Of a stretch of DNA of 64,000 nt, positions 38,551 to 49,210 are shown piece by piece. Every line of letters starts with the position of its first letter. The stretch's first letter is position 1. This DNA comes from Syntrophales bacterium (lineage in GTDB: Bacteria; Desulfobacterota; Syntrophia; Syntrophales; UBA2210): contig CAXXKT010000001.1 in assembly GCA_963662405.2 (NCBI GenBank), forward strand, positions 1,536,001 through 1,600,000. The letters are read 5' to 3'. Below the pieces are notes generated by a model that worked only from the letters and a program-made list of their open reading frames with translations, was not told where the DNA came from and searched no databases. The position numbers were made by a program, and so were the translations under genes.

Positions 38551-41250
38551 ATGATTCTGAATGGAGATACAAAGACGGGACAACTTGAGAAAGACCGGCT
38601 GACCCCTCCGTCTTCCCCCGGTCACTCGGATACGTCTATTCAAAACATAGCCGTTCTTTTTACCGATATTATCGGATCAACCCAATTCTTCCAATCCCAC
38701 GGCAATCTTGCCGGGCGCACCATGCTCCAACAGCATGAAAGTCTTGTCTCAACGACCATTGCACGGTTCGGAGGAACGGTCGTTAAGAATCTGGGTGACT
38801 CTATTATGGCCTATTTCCTGAGTCCCCGGGAGGCGACGAAAACCGCCGTTCAGATACAAAAAGAGTTTCAGGATTATAATAAAGAGCACGGTGACGGTCA
38901 CAAGATCCACGTGAGGATCGGTATTCACTTCGATGAGGGAATTGTTGAGAACACAGACATATTCGGGAACGCAGTCAATATAGCGTCGAAGATTACCGAT
39001 CTTGCGGGGAGCAATGAGATCTGTATATCTGAGAACGTTTTCGCTCTGGCCAAAGCGCTCCCGTCCCTTACGTTTGAGCCGGTTAAAATCACGGATAACG
39101 ATAATGCCCGATTGGAATCGCTGGCCTATCGTGTCTGCTGGGAGAAGAGCGTTGGTTTTGCTCCTGCGCTGATGACGGTCCTCTATATGAAACCGTTCTC
39201 CCAAAAACGGGGGAGTGGCATCTTCGATCCACTCTGGAAGAGCTTAATCACGGCCAGGGCGCTTTTTTGGGAAGGACGGGTCCATAGCGAAACAATTTTG
39301 GAAGATCAGGCTGTTATCCTCACAACGAAAAACCTCTCGGTTGCCATGGATGTGGTCGCTGATGTGCTCACCTTTCTCAAAGAAAGCATAGGGGGGCAAT
39401 TTACCGTTCCGCTGCAGATCCTTGTTGACGCCGGCCCTCCTCAGATAATCGAAGGATTGATCCGTGAAGGGTTCAAACCTGAGTGGGATCATCTTCGGCC
39501 GGACACCATTTTCCTGACCACGGCCGCCCATTACCTTATAGCGGAGGAAAAGATTCATGTTGCCTCCATTACCCCCCCGGAACCGGGTACCCTTTATTCA
39601 TTCTATGCAATAGCACCCAACGACTACCAGCAGAACGGAAACGAGCTTCTTTTCCCGTATCAGGGTATGCTTTACAAGGGGGACCATGCCCCCTGTTTTT
39701 ACTGTGGCAGCAGAGATCACGCGATCAGCGACTGTCCGTCCAAACAACTGACGGTGGTCACCGATACCCTTGACCACTTGGGGTACCTCTCCTTTGAAGA
39801 GATCAGCGAAACCTTTCTCTCCTATCTCAAGAGTTCGGAAGAGGAAAAGGCCCGAACACTCCGATCTGATGAAGAAATGAACGGGCAGCCACCATCGGCC
39901 GGTCTTGGACTATACGAGCTTAATCAACTTTTCCAACTCCGCTTTCTGAGAAATATATGGGAGAGTGCGAGCAACGATTGGGATACGGTGGCACGGGCTC
40001 GGCAGAGGGGAGACGGCTCCGGGGATCTGATCTGGCTGGCGCAGGATTGTATCCGTGTCTCCAATCTCACAAAAGCGGAATCACTCCTGAGGAATTGCCT
40101 GGAAAAGTATCCTGATGACTACCGGACATATTGCGCACTGGCCTTTCTGAATATAGAGCAGGGAAAGTTTCCAAGGAGCGAACAGCACCTGAACAAGGCA
40201 CTCCGCTATACGCGAACCGTCCCTCAAAAGATCTACATCCTTTTTCTTCTTTCCCGATTACACAACCTCGCCGGTGATTTCGATGGTGCTCGGAGAAGGA
40301 CACGTGAAATAAGCATAATGCAACCCTACTGTCCCGAGGCGACCTACCAGGAAGTCGTTTTCAACTTCAGAGAGGGGCGCGAGGGCCCGGCGCTGAAACG
40401 GCTCATAAGCCTGATCCGGATGAACCGGGAATACTATGTCAAGACCCTGATCGATCCGGACCTGGCCCCTTACAGCCAGGTAACCCATCCTGTACTCAAA
40501 AATCTGTTTACGGAAATCAGGCAACAGGCACAAAGAAAGGCCTTTGAGGCCGGGAGGAAATTCACTTTCTTTGATCGGTTTTGGGTGAAAGGAGAAGAAG
40601 AGGACGCTCAAAAGATCAAAGCTTTCATGTCAAAGATGCAGTCCTTGGTGTCGACCGCCAGCTATTTCGGGTATTTGGATATTGCGGATTGCGCCGATTC
40701 TATAATCAGCATTTGTCGTCGGGCACAGATTCGTCGGAAGGAAAGGTTGATGGACAGCGTGCATGCCGTGCACAAGCGCATCGATTCCATCTTCGATTTC
40801 ACCGCGGATTATCGTCCCCAGCTTTCTTCCACGTCTCCCTATCGGCAACTGCAGGCTGTGCGATCACAGTTCGAGGAATTCGTGAGATCGGCGGCGTTAT
40901 ATGATCTGGCGCGATATAAGGAAATGTCCGAACAATGCCGGAAGATGCTCGGAGAACTGACTGAGATCGAAGTGAAGCTCCGTCAGCTGAGGACAATTCT
41001 GAATCTCAAGCGGTTCATTCTTGTTTTCACGAAAAATGCCATCTTCATCCTTTCCATCATCCTGTTTGCAGAGATTGTGATCCTCCCCACGATTGCCTAT
41101 TATCTGAATACATTTTTGCCGGACTTTGATTTGTTCACGGGGGGAGATCTCCGGGTCTACCACAAATACGCTCTTATCTTCGGGCTGTTGGGGGGTCTGG
41201 GGCTGACCTTTCTTAAATCCTTCAAGACCTTTTTCAAGGGCAAGGCCTGA
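38551..41250 (+). CDS. Class III adenylate/guanylate cyclase with CCHC zinc knuckle, TPRs, coiled coil and two C-terminal TM helices
   Basis: FTDIIGST, KNLGDSIMAYF, RIGIH, DIFGNAVNIASK; CFYCGSRDHAISDC. Confidence 0.85.
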   Translation: MILNGDTKTGQLEKDRLTPPSSPGHSDTSIQNIAVLFTDIIGSTQFFQSHGNLAGRTMLQQHESLVSTTIARFGGTVVKNLGDSIMAYFLSPREATKTAVQIQKEFQDYNKEHGDGHKIHVRIGIHFDEGIVENTDIFGNAVNIASKITDLAGSNEICISENVFALAKALPSLTFEPVKITDNDNARLESLAYRVCWEKSVGFAPALMTVLYMKPFSQKRGSGIFDPLWKSLITARALFWEGRVHSETILEDQAVILTTKNLSVAMDVVADVLTFLKESIGGQFTVPLQILVDAGPPQIIEGLIREGFKPEWDHLRPDTIFLTTAAHYLIAEEKIHVASITPPEPGTLYSFYAIAPNDYQQNGNELLFPYQGMLYKGDHAPCFYCGSRDHAISDCPSKQLTVVTDTLDHLGYLSFEEISETFLSYLKSSEEEKARTLRSDEEMNGQPPSAGLGLYELNQLFQLRFLRNIWESASNDWDTVARARQRGDGSGDLIWLAQDCIRVSNLTKAESLLRNCLEKYPDDYRTYCALAFLNIEQGKFPRSEQHLNKALRYTRTVPQKIYILFLLSRLHNLAGDFDGARRRTREISIMQPYCPEATYQEVVFNFREGREGPALKRLISLIRMNREYYVKTLIDPDLAPYSQVTHPVLKNLFTEIRQQAQRKAFEAGRKFTFFDRFWVKGEEEDAQKIKAFMSKMQSLVSTASYFGYLDIADCADSIISICRRAQIRRKERLMDSVHAVHKRIDSIFDFTADYRPQLSSTSPYRQLQAVRSQFEEFVRSAALYDLARYKEMSEQCRKMLGELTEIEVKLRQLRTILNLKRFILVFTKNAIFILSIILFAEIVILPTIAYYLNTFLPDFDLFTGGDLRVYHKYALIFGLLGGLGLTFLKSFKTFFKGKA

Positions 41251-41891
41251 GTGCCGGCGCAGCTGTCACCAGGCGATTTATGCCCGCATGTGTAGCTCAT
41301 CCGGGTACCGTGAAGGGGTCCCACTCTTGAAGAGTTGAGTGGAGGGTCCTTTTGCAGAAAATCCTTTTGATGGTACTCCTCCGCCGGGTGAAAATTCGAG
41401 GCGGGAAGGATCCGGGTGAAGATCCTCCCCGCTCTATCCGAGACGAGTCGATCGCGCCGATGCAGGATCATTTGTTTCTGATCGTCCGTATGGTAAAAAG
41501 CGGCGATCATGTACTGACGTGAAGCCGCTTGGTGTGTGGGATCGTGGCTGCTCCAGAATATGTCGACCAGTTCACGGTAAGAAACCGTATCCGGATCAAA
41601 TGCGATTTGAACCGTCTCGGTGTGGTCACCCGGGTCGTGGTAAGTGGGGCGCTTTTTTGTTCCCCCGGTGTACCCGACACGGGTCCGCGTGACCTCTTTG
41701 ATGCTCCCGAACTGAGCATCGGTACCCCAGACTCAGCCGAGTGCGAAGGTGGCGATTTGTGTATGGGATGCCGCAGGGGTGGTTTGAACAAATGTTATTC
41801 CCATGAAGAGGATTACAACACAGATTCTTGAGGCGATTCTCCTTCGGTATGAGAAAGGCGATTCGTCCGTACAATTTTGGTGTGACATCAT
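41157..41891 (-). CDS. msrA: Selenocysteine-containing peptide methionine sulfoxide reductase MsrA (exported; possibly degenerate)
   Basis: One continuous frame: RBS AGGAGA, signal-like RRRIASRICVVILFMG, ATFALG-TGA-VWG (UGA at 41735-41733), TRVGYTGG, PTY..GDHTETVQ, FW..HDPT, RQY, FHPAEEYHQK. Confidence 0.8.
41700..41720 (-). promoter_or_regulatory. Putative bacterial SECIS hairpin of msrA
   Basis: GAUGCUC-AGUUCGG-GAGCAUC, 7-bp stem starting 12 nt after the UGA, with G at loop position 2. Confidence 0.65.
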
Positions 41892-41990
41892 CTTTCTCCT
41901 GAGATGGACACTGAGAAAAAAGAACGGGAATCATCTTCTATGGAAGATTGTTTCAAAGAAGTATCGCCATCCCTTGATGGGCGCGATTAT

Positions 41991-42485
41991 TTATAACCGG
42001 ATCTTGGCCATCATCTCCCGTGCGAATGTAGCGGCATCTTCCATATCTCCCTTGTCGGGGTGACCCTCGGCGCTCTGCGCCTCTTCGGCCCAGGTCTTGT
42101 GTTCCGGCTTTTGCATCAGTGCATCGATGATATTTTGATCCACGCGTCCCCGGCACCCAAAATGGCCAAGTATCGTTGCCCGTGAGGCGAGGCCGATGGC
42201 GTGATCGAACGCCTGCTTCGGCAGCCGGCCCCCGCGAAGGGAGCCATGGGTGGAGAAGAAGGCTATTTTTTGTCCCGCGGGGAGTCCCGTAATAAAGGGT
42301 TGAGCCTTCTCCGGGACGCTGTGAGCGAGAACCGGAAACCCGCAGAATATTATCTCATATCCGGCCGAAGTTTCCACATTCCGAATCGGCTTGAGCTCTT
42401 TGGCGGTGGGGATGACGTCGTATATCGCATGAGCGACTTTTTCCGTATTGCCTGTTTGTGAGTAGTACGTAACCAGCGTTCTCAT
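41991..42485 (-). CDS. Flavodoxin-family protein
   Basis: YYSQTGNTEKVA, FFSTHG, GHPD..D..A..FA. Confidence 0.88.
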   Translation of the reverse strand: MRTLVTYYSQTGNTEKVAHAIYDVIPTAKELKPIRNVETSAGYEIIFCGFPVLAHSVPEKAQPFITGLPAGQKIAFFSTHGSLRGGRLPKQAFDHAIGLASRATILGHFGCRGRVDQNIIDALMQKPEHKTWAEEAQSAEGHPDKGDMEDAATFAREMMAKIRL

Positions 42486-42596
42486 CCTCTCTCCCTTCGT
42501 CTCAGCAGTTTAAAAAAGAATTCTAACGGTTTTTCGAGCGCACCGCAAGCATGGGTTTTCATGTGGGGGCGGACCATTTTCCCCACTGAAATATCC

Positions 42597-42625
42597 TTGA
42601 CTCGCCTGCGTCTTATTCTTATACT
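42597..42625 (+). promoter_or_regulatory. Putative sigma70 promoter
   Basis: TTGACT-N17-TATACT upstream of the PAS-GGDEF-EAL gene. Confidence 0.6.
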
Positions 42626-42724
42626 TGCTCGGACTGCGGGGAGTTCTTGCCACAAGTTTTTTTCCGAGTACTGATAGCGTTACTGTTGCATCGATTATGG
42701 GCCGGGAAGGAGATTTGGGAGAAG

Positions 42725-45700
42725 ATGATTGATCGATCGCAATCATACGGCACGGAAAAGCAGGAGCAGGGTCCCGGAACGAGCGATATGTCCGGTCTTC
42801 CGGAAGTCATCCTGTCGCATGTCGGCGTCGGCATCTATATCGTACAGGATGGCGTGTTTGTGTATACCAGTCCGCTGTATCAAAGGATGACCGGTTATTC
42901 GGATCCCGATCTCATCGGTCGAAACTCCCTCGATTTTCTTCACCCCGACGACAGGACTTCCGTCAGAGACCATGCCACCGAAATCCTCAAGGGAAAACGC
43001 TCCGAACCATACGAATACCGATTTATCAAAAGCGATGGTGAAACGATGTGGATCCTGGAGATGGTCACCTCTGTCGCGTATCACGGCAAGCGGGCCACCC
43101 TGGGGAGTTTCATGGATATCACCGAACGCAGACGGATACAGGAGATGCTCCGCCAGTCCGAGGAAAAGTACCGGGCTATTATCGACAATATCCAGGACGG
43201 TTATTTCGAACTCGATCTTGCCGGGAACCATACCTTTTGCAACGGCGCCCTGTGCGAGATTCACGGGTATCCCAAAGATGAATTGCTGGGGATGAACAAC
43301 CGGCAGTACACCGATCAAACGAACGCAGAGAAGGTGTTTCATGCCTTTCGTTCCATCTACAGGACTGGAGACCCCGGCAGGGTATTTGATTATGAGATCA
43401 TACGCAGAGATGGCACCAGGAGACAGGTTGAGGTGTCGGCATCGCTCAAGAAAGACGCTTCCGGTACACCGATCGGATTCAGTGGGATTACCCGGGACAT
43501 CAGTGAACGCAAACAGGCAGAAGAGGCGGCTCGCCGCAGCGACGAGAGGGCCCGAAGTATCCTCGACTCCATAGAGGATGGCTACTGGGAGGTGAATCTT
43601 GAAGGACAGTTTACTTTCTTCAACGACGCCATGTGTAGAATGTCGCATCTGTCACGGGAAGAACTCCTGGGCACAAATCTCTCCACCGGTGCCGCGCCCG
43701 AGGCGGCGGAGAGGCTGGCCGAGGCATTTCGGGAGGTCTCCCGGACCGGTGTCCCCCTTCAGCTGGCCGACTACGGGATAACGAGGGGAGACGGAACGAG
43801 AGGTACCTATGAGATCAGTGCCTCGCTGATGAAGGATCAGGCGGGAGGGGCAATTGGTTTCCAGGGCATCACCCGTGACATCACGAAACGCAAAACGATG
43901 GAGGACCAAATCCGTCACTCCGAGGAGCGATACCGCACCATAGTGGAACAGATGGAGGACGGATACTTCGAAACGGATCTCCGTGGTCGTATGACCTTTG
44001 TGAATGACGCGGAATGCAGGAATATCGGATTTTCCCGGGAAGAATTGATCGGGAGGGACAGCCGATTATTCGCCGATAAGGACACCTTTCAAGACCTTTC
44101 AAACGCCTTTGCAGAGGTTTACCGGACGGGGATACCCGTTCGGGCGCATGCCTTCGCGGTTACCCAGAAAGGCGGGTCAGAGGCCTTTCACGAGATATCC
44201 GTTTCCCTCATAAAAGATTCGGAGGGAAAACCGACCGGATTTCGCGGCATCGCCAGGGATGTGACCGAACGGAAGGTCATGGAGGAGCAGATACGCCAGT
44301 CCGAAGAGCGGTATCGTACCATTATCGAAGAGATGGAAGAGTGGTATGTGGAGGCCGACCTGGCCGGGACGATTCTTTTCTGTAACGATATCTTTGCCAC
44401 CGGTTTGGGACATGCTCCCGGGGAGTTGGCGAGGGTAAATTTCCGTCGGTTCGTGAGACGGGAGGCGGTCGAGGCTATCTACCGGGAATTTCATAATGTC
44501 TATCAAACGGGCGAACCCTCCCGGAATTTGCCCTATGAGTTTGCACGGCCTGACGGCAGCACAACCTCCACCGAATTTTCCATTTTTCCAAGACGAAATC
44601 ATGAGGGGAAGATTGTCGGGTTTCGGGGGGTCGGACGGGACATCACGGAGCGCAAACGCGCCGAAGAGAGGATTCAATATCTCGCCACACATGATACCCT
44701 GACGGGGCTTCCCAATCGTTTGATGTTCGCCCAGCACCTGAACCATGCCATCCAGGCAGCCCGCCGGCACAAACGGCGGCTTGCGGTCCTCTTCTTTGAT
44801 CTGGACCGCTTCAAGGTTGTCAATGATACGCTGGGGCACGAGGCGGGTGATCAACTGCTCAGAGCGATCGCCGTGCGTTTGAGAGAGCGGTTGCGGGCGG
44901 TCGATGTCATCGCCCGTCTGGGGGGGGGATGAATTCGTGATCCTGGTCGAAGAGGTGGGCGATGAGGAGCAGGTCATCACCGTCGCCCAGCATGTCCTTG
45001 CGGCTATCATAAAACCGATTATGATTATGGAACAGGAGTGTCGCATAACGGCAAGTATCGGTATCAGCATCTATCCCCAGCACGGCGAGGATGAACAGTC
45101 ATTGATGAAAAATGCCGATATAGCCATGTACTTCGCCAAGGAAGAGGGAAAGAACAATTATCAACTGTACTCCACGGATATCAAGACCCAATCGATCGAA
45201 CGCCTCTCGATTGAGACGAATCTCCGCGAGGCACTGCAACGAGACGAATTTTCCCTCCATTACCAAGCCAAGCTGGATTTCAAGACCGGGGCGATTACCG
45301 GTGTGGAAGCCCTGCTTCGTTGGGACAACCCGGCTCTCGGTTCGGTCACCCCACTGCAATTCATACCGGTCGCTGAAGAAACGGGGTTGATCGTTCCCAT
45401 CGGCCGCTGGGTCCTGAAGACTGCCTGCGCCCAGAATATCGACTGGCAGCGCCAGGGCCTTCCCCCTCTCTGCATGGCGGTGAATCTGTCGCTGCGCCAG
45501 CTGACAGACGAGGGTCTCCTGAGCGACATCCAAACGACACTCGGGGAAACCGGGATGGCACCGCATCTGCTGGAACTCGAAATTACGGAAAGTATGGTCA
45601 TGCACGATCCTCCGCGCATGGTCAAGATACTCTCCGAAATCAAGAAGATGGGTGTACGACTTGCCCTCGACGATTTCGGGACCGGATACTCTTCTCTTGC

Positions 45701-45971
45701 ACAGCTCAAGCAATTCCCGATCGATACCCTCAAGGTGGACCGGTCCTTCATCAGAAATATACCGAATGATTCGGAAGAAAACGCGATTACCGAGGCGATC
45801 ATTTCCATGGGCAGGATCCTCGGCCTGACCGTTGTTGCTGAAGGCGTTGAAACACGGGATCAGATGGATTTTCTGCGGAAGAGGGCATGTGACGAGATGC
45901 AGGGATTTTACTTCAGCAAACCCATCCTTCCCGACCAGTTCGCCCGACTGATGGAAGCCCATAAACCGTAA
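42725..45971 (+). CDS. Five-PAS diguanylate cyclase/phosphodiesterase (GGDEF-EAL), apparent +1 frameshift in a G9 run at 44920-44928
   Basis: Five PAS/PAC repeats ending D(I/V)(T/S)xRK; DLDRFK..GHEAGD; ARL-GGDEF split across frames; EALLRW, ELEITE, DDFGTGYSS. Confidence 0.9.
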
Positions 45972-46149
45972 GTGATCGATTGGATGGGTATATCCCGAGG
46001 CATACCGAAGAAAATAAGATAAGGGGATTGTTCCCCGGAGGTGAGGTGCTCGTCCCGGTCTGATCAACCGACAGGATGACGGCCCACTCGAGGATCATGG
46101 TGATCCTCCCGCAGTGAACGGTGTGCGATATCCCTGGTGGTCGCCGGCC

Positions 46150-48570
46150 CTATGCCGACCTGTCGTGGCGCCGGGTCAGTCTTTCGACCACCCGGATCGC
46201 CTCTACGCCGTCTCTGGCGTAATGGGCACCGATCGACTCCGCGTACGACTTCGTTACCACCGCCCCACCGACCATGAATCGGCAGTCGAGAGAACGTTGC
46301 CGCGCCAGTTCAATGACCTCCTCCATCTTCACCATGGTGGTGGTCATCAGGGCGGAGAGGCCGATGACGGAGGGATTGATACGGGCCGCTTCATTGATGA
46401 TCACCGCGGTGGGGACATCCTTCCCCAGATCGGTCACCTCAAAACCGTGGTTTTTCAGCATCAGGGCAACGATATTTTTCCCGATATCGTGGACATCCCC
46501 CTCGACCGTCGCGATCACAATCCGCCCTTTTTGCCTCTCCGGTGCCCCGGCATCGGCAAGGTGAGGCTCCAGGAAGGCGATCCCCCGCTTCATTGCCTCC
46601 GCGCTCGCGATCAATTGGGGAAGGAAATATTCCTTCCGGTCGAAAAGGACGCCGACCTCTGTAATCGCGGCGATCATACTCCCGTCGACGATCATCCGCG
46701 CCTCTTTCCCCGCCTCCATTGCCTGAGTAATAACGGCCTCTATACCGTCTTTGTTTCCCTCCATGATTGCCTGAAAGACGCGGTCCTCAGGGGTGCTTTT
46801 GTCGGTGGGGGGAGGTTGTTCGCCCGGCGCGGTTCTGCGCGAGAAATGGCCAATGTAGGCCGTAGCGTCTGTGTCCCTCCCCGCCAGGAGATCTGCGGCG
46901 ATGGCGCTGTTCATCAACTCTTCCACGCCGGGGTTGGCGATTGCCATGGTCAACCCCTTCGAAACCGCCATGGCGAGGAAGGCGGCATTCAGCCACGACC
47001 GCTCCGGCATCCCGAAGGAGACGTTGGAAAGACCGACAATGGTGTTGACTTTGAATCCGGCACTGGCCCACTCGACCGTCCGGAGGGTCTCCGTCGGGGC
47101 CGTCAGGTCGGAAGAGGCCGCCATGACGAGCCCGTCGATCACGATGTCATCCTTGGTAAACCCCCGTGCCGTGGCCTTTTCAAATACCTCCTCGACGATG
47201 AGCTTCCTCTCGTCGGCTGTTTTGGGGAGAGCCCCTCCGGCCAGGGGGAGGAGGATAAACATCGCTCCATACTTCGCCGCGACGGGGAGGAGCCGCTCCA
47301 GCTTCTCCCGCTCCCCCGATATGGAGTTGATCAGTGCTCGACCGGGATAGAGACGGAGCGCCGCCTCAATCACATCGCTGTCGGATGAGTCGATTACCAG
47401 GGGCAGATCGGAGGCCACGGAGAGGGTCCCGATCACCTCAACCATCATCTCCTTCTGGTCGATTCCCGGCATCCCCACGTTGATATCGAGAAGCGAGGCC
47501 CCGTTCTGTTCCTGTTCCTTCGCCATGGTCCTGACGCGTGACATCTTTCCCTCGCGGAGTTCCGCTTGGAGATCCTTTTTCCCCGTGGGGTTGATTCGTT
47601 CCCCGACGATGGCGAGGGGGCGGTTTCCTTCGAGGATGACCGATGATCGTGCAGAACTGACGGCACTGATGGCTTCCCGTACCGGGGTGAGGGGAGATGC
47701 CCCGGCGATTTCATTTTTCAATCGTCGGATATATTCCGGAGTGGTGCCGCAGCACCCACCGAGGAGATTGGCGCCTCTCTCCACAAACTGAGTCGCAAAC
47801 GACGCAAACCGCTCCGCTCCCATGTTAAAACAGGTCACGCCGTCGATCAGCTCGGGCATCCCCGCGTTTGGTTTTGCCACCAACGGTACCGTGGCCCATG
47901 GTTTCATCGCCTTGATGATCCCCAGCATCTCCTCCGGTCCGGTGGAGCAGTTGCAGCCGACGGCATCCGCCCCGAGGCTCTGGAGGGTAATCAGGGCTGC
48001 GACGGGATCCGTTCCGTTCAGTGTCCTGCCGTATGTCTCATATGTCATGGTGACGCTGGTGAAGGCGTCGGTCAGTTCCTTCACGGCGATCAGGGCCGCC
48101 CGGGTCTCTTGAATATCGATCATCGTCTCGATGGTGAAGAGATCAACCCCCCCCTCGAGAAGCCCCCGCACCTGTTCCTTGTAAATCGAGACGGCCTCTT
48201 CGAAGGCCAGGTCGCCGAAGGGCCTGACAAAGCGCCCCGTAGGACCGATATCGCCCCCGATGAGGACCCCATCACCCCCCGCGCGGCGCGCCAGGAGGGC
48301 CAGTTCTCGATTGACCCGGGCAGCATCCCGCTCACCGTACTGGTTGAGCTTGACACGATTCGCCCCGAAGGTGGCCGTGAGAATGATGTCCGCTCCCGCA
48401 TCCCGATAAGAGGCGTGGATCCCCTCCACGATCTCCGGGTTGCCCAGGCACCAGAGCTCGGGGCAGACCCCCGCCGGCATCCCCTTCTTTTGAAATTCCG
48501 TCCCCGTGGCACCGTCCAGTATGATAACCCGCTCTCGGATCTTTTTCTTGAGTGATGTATTCTCTTCCAT
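46150..48570 (-). CDS. metH: Cobalamin-dependent methionine synthase (homocysteine, pterin and B12 domains; no activation domain)
   Basis: LDGATGT, GCNCS, GGCCGTTP, GERINPTG, GLSNVSFG, GDVHDIGKN, GLSALMTTT. Confidence 0.92.
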   Translation of the reverse strand: MEENTSLKKKIRERVIILDGATGTEFQKKGMPAGVCPELWCLGNPEIVEGIHASYRDAGADIILTATFGANRVKLNQYGERDAARVNRELALLARRAGGDGVLIGGDIGPTGRFVRPFGDLAFEEAVSIYKEQVRGLLEGGVDLFTIETMIDIQETRAALIAVKELTDAFTSVTMTYETYGRTLNGTDPVAALITLQSLGADAVGCNCSTGPEEMLGIIKAMKPWATVPLVAKPNAGMPELIDGVTCFNMGAERFASFATQFVERGANLLGGCCGTTPEYIRRLKNEIAGASPLTPVREAISAVSSARSSVILEGNRPLAIVGERINPTGKKDLQAELREGKMSRVRTMAKEQEQNGASLLDINVGMPGIDQKEMMVEVIGTLSVASDLPLVIDSSDSDVIEAALRLYPGRALINSISGEREKLERLLPVAAKYGAMFILLPLAGGALPKTADERKLIVEEVFEKATARGFTKDDIVIDGLVMAASSDLTAPTETLRTVEWASAGFKVNTIVGLSNVSFGMPERSWLNAAFLAMAVSKGLTMAIANPGVEELMNSAIAADLLAGRDTDATAYIGHFSRRTAPGEQPPPTDKSTPEDRVFQAIMEGNKDGIEAVITQAMEAGKEARMIVDGSMIAAITEVGVLFDRKEYFLPQLIASAEAMKRGIAFLEPHLADAGAPERQKGRIVIATVEGDVHDIGKNIVALMLKNHGFEVTDLGKDVPTAVIINEAARINPSVIGLSALMTTTMVKMEEVIELARQRSLDCRFMVGGAVVTKSYAESIGAHYARDGVEAIRVVERLTRRHDRSA

Positions 48571-48577
48571 CGTTTCT

Positions 48578-49201
48578 CTATCTCTGAATCCCCATCACCG
48601 CCGTGACGGATTTTTCCGGGATGAGGATGCAGTGTTCGTTGATTATTACACCGATACGGTCAAGGCCCAGGAGGGCATACATGCTTCTCTGGCTTTCCAG
48701 GAGAAAATCACCGTACCCTGCGGAGAAGCGCCCCTGTGTCAGACGTGCCTGCTCTCTGGTCAGAAGGCGGTTGAAATAGCCGGCGACCCAGTCAAGCGCC
48801 GCATCCGTCATCTCGCTCGCCACCGCGTCGATGATCACGCCGCGCGTCATCTTCTCCCCCTGGGTGTCGCTTCGTATGGCCTCCATGACCGCATCCCCAG
48901 CGGTTGCCCCCATGAGGAGGATCTCCGTGCATCCCCTCAGGAACCGGGCGAGCCTTTTGCTCTTGAACTCATCGCCGGTTCCGAGAACAACCGTATGAGG
49001 GGTCACCTCCCTGAGGGATATCCGTCGCCCGGCCCCCTTCAGTGAGATGAGGGAGAGGGCATACTCGATATCCCGCCCGATTTCTTCCTCCCTGTGGGCG
49101 TCGATTCTCGTCGTTCCCCTCCGGTAGCCGAGACGCCGGTAGATGGCATCCCGGGGTGTCGGGATCAAGAGCGACGGGAAGATTTGCTCCATGCCCTGCA
49201 T
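48578..49201 (-). CDS. Stand-alone methionine synthase activation domain
   Basis: GATAG, IIDAVASE, RFSAGYGDF, LIPEKSVTA; directly upstream of metH. Confidence 0.85.
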   Translation of the reverse strand: MQGMEQIFPSLLIPTPRDAIYRRLGYRRGTTRIDAHREEEIGRDIEYALSLISLKGAGRRISLREVTPHTVVLGTGDEFKSKRLARFLRGCTEILLMGATAGDAVMEAIRSDTQGEKMTRGVIIDAVASEMTDAALDWVAGYFNRLLTREQARLTQGRFSAGYGDFLLESQRSMYALLGLDRIGVIINEHCILIPEKSVTAVMGIQR

Positions 49202-49210
49202 CTTCCCTCC

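Noticed and set aside
38551..41250. Pycsar/CBASS defence system
   Set aside because: No adjacent cyclic-nucleotide-binding effector gene; the architecture differs from those systems
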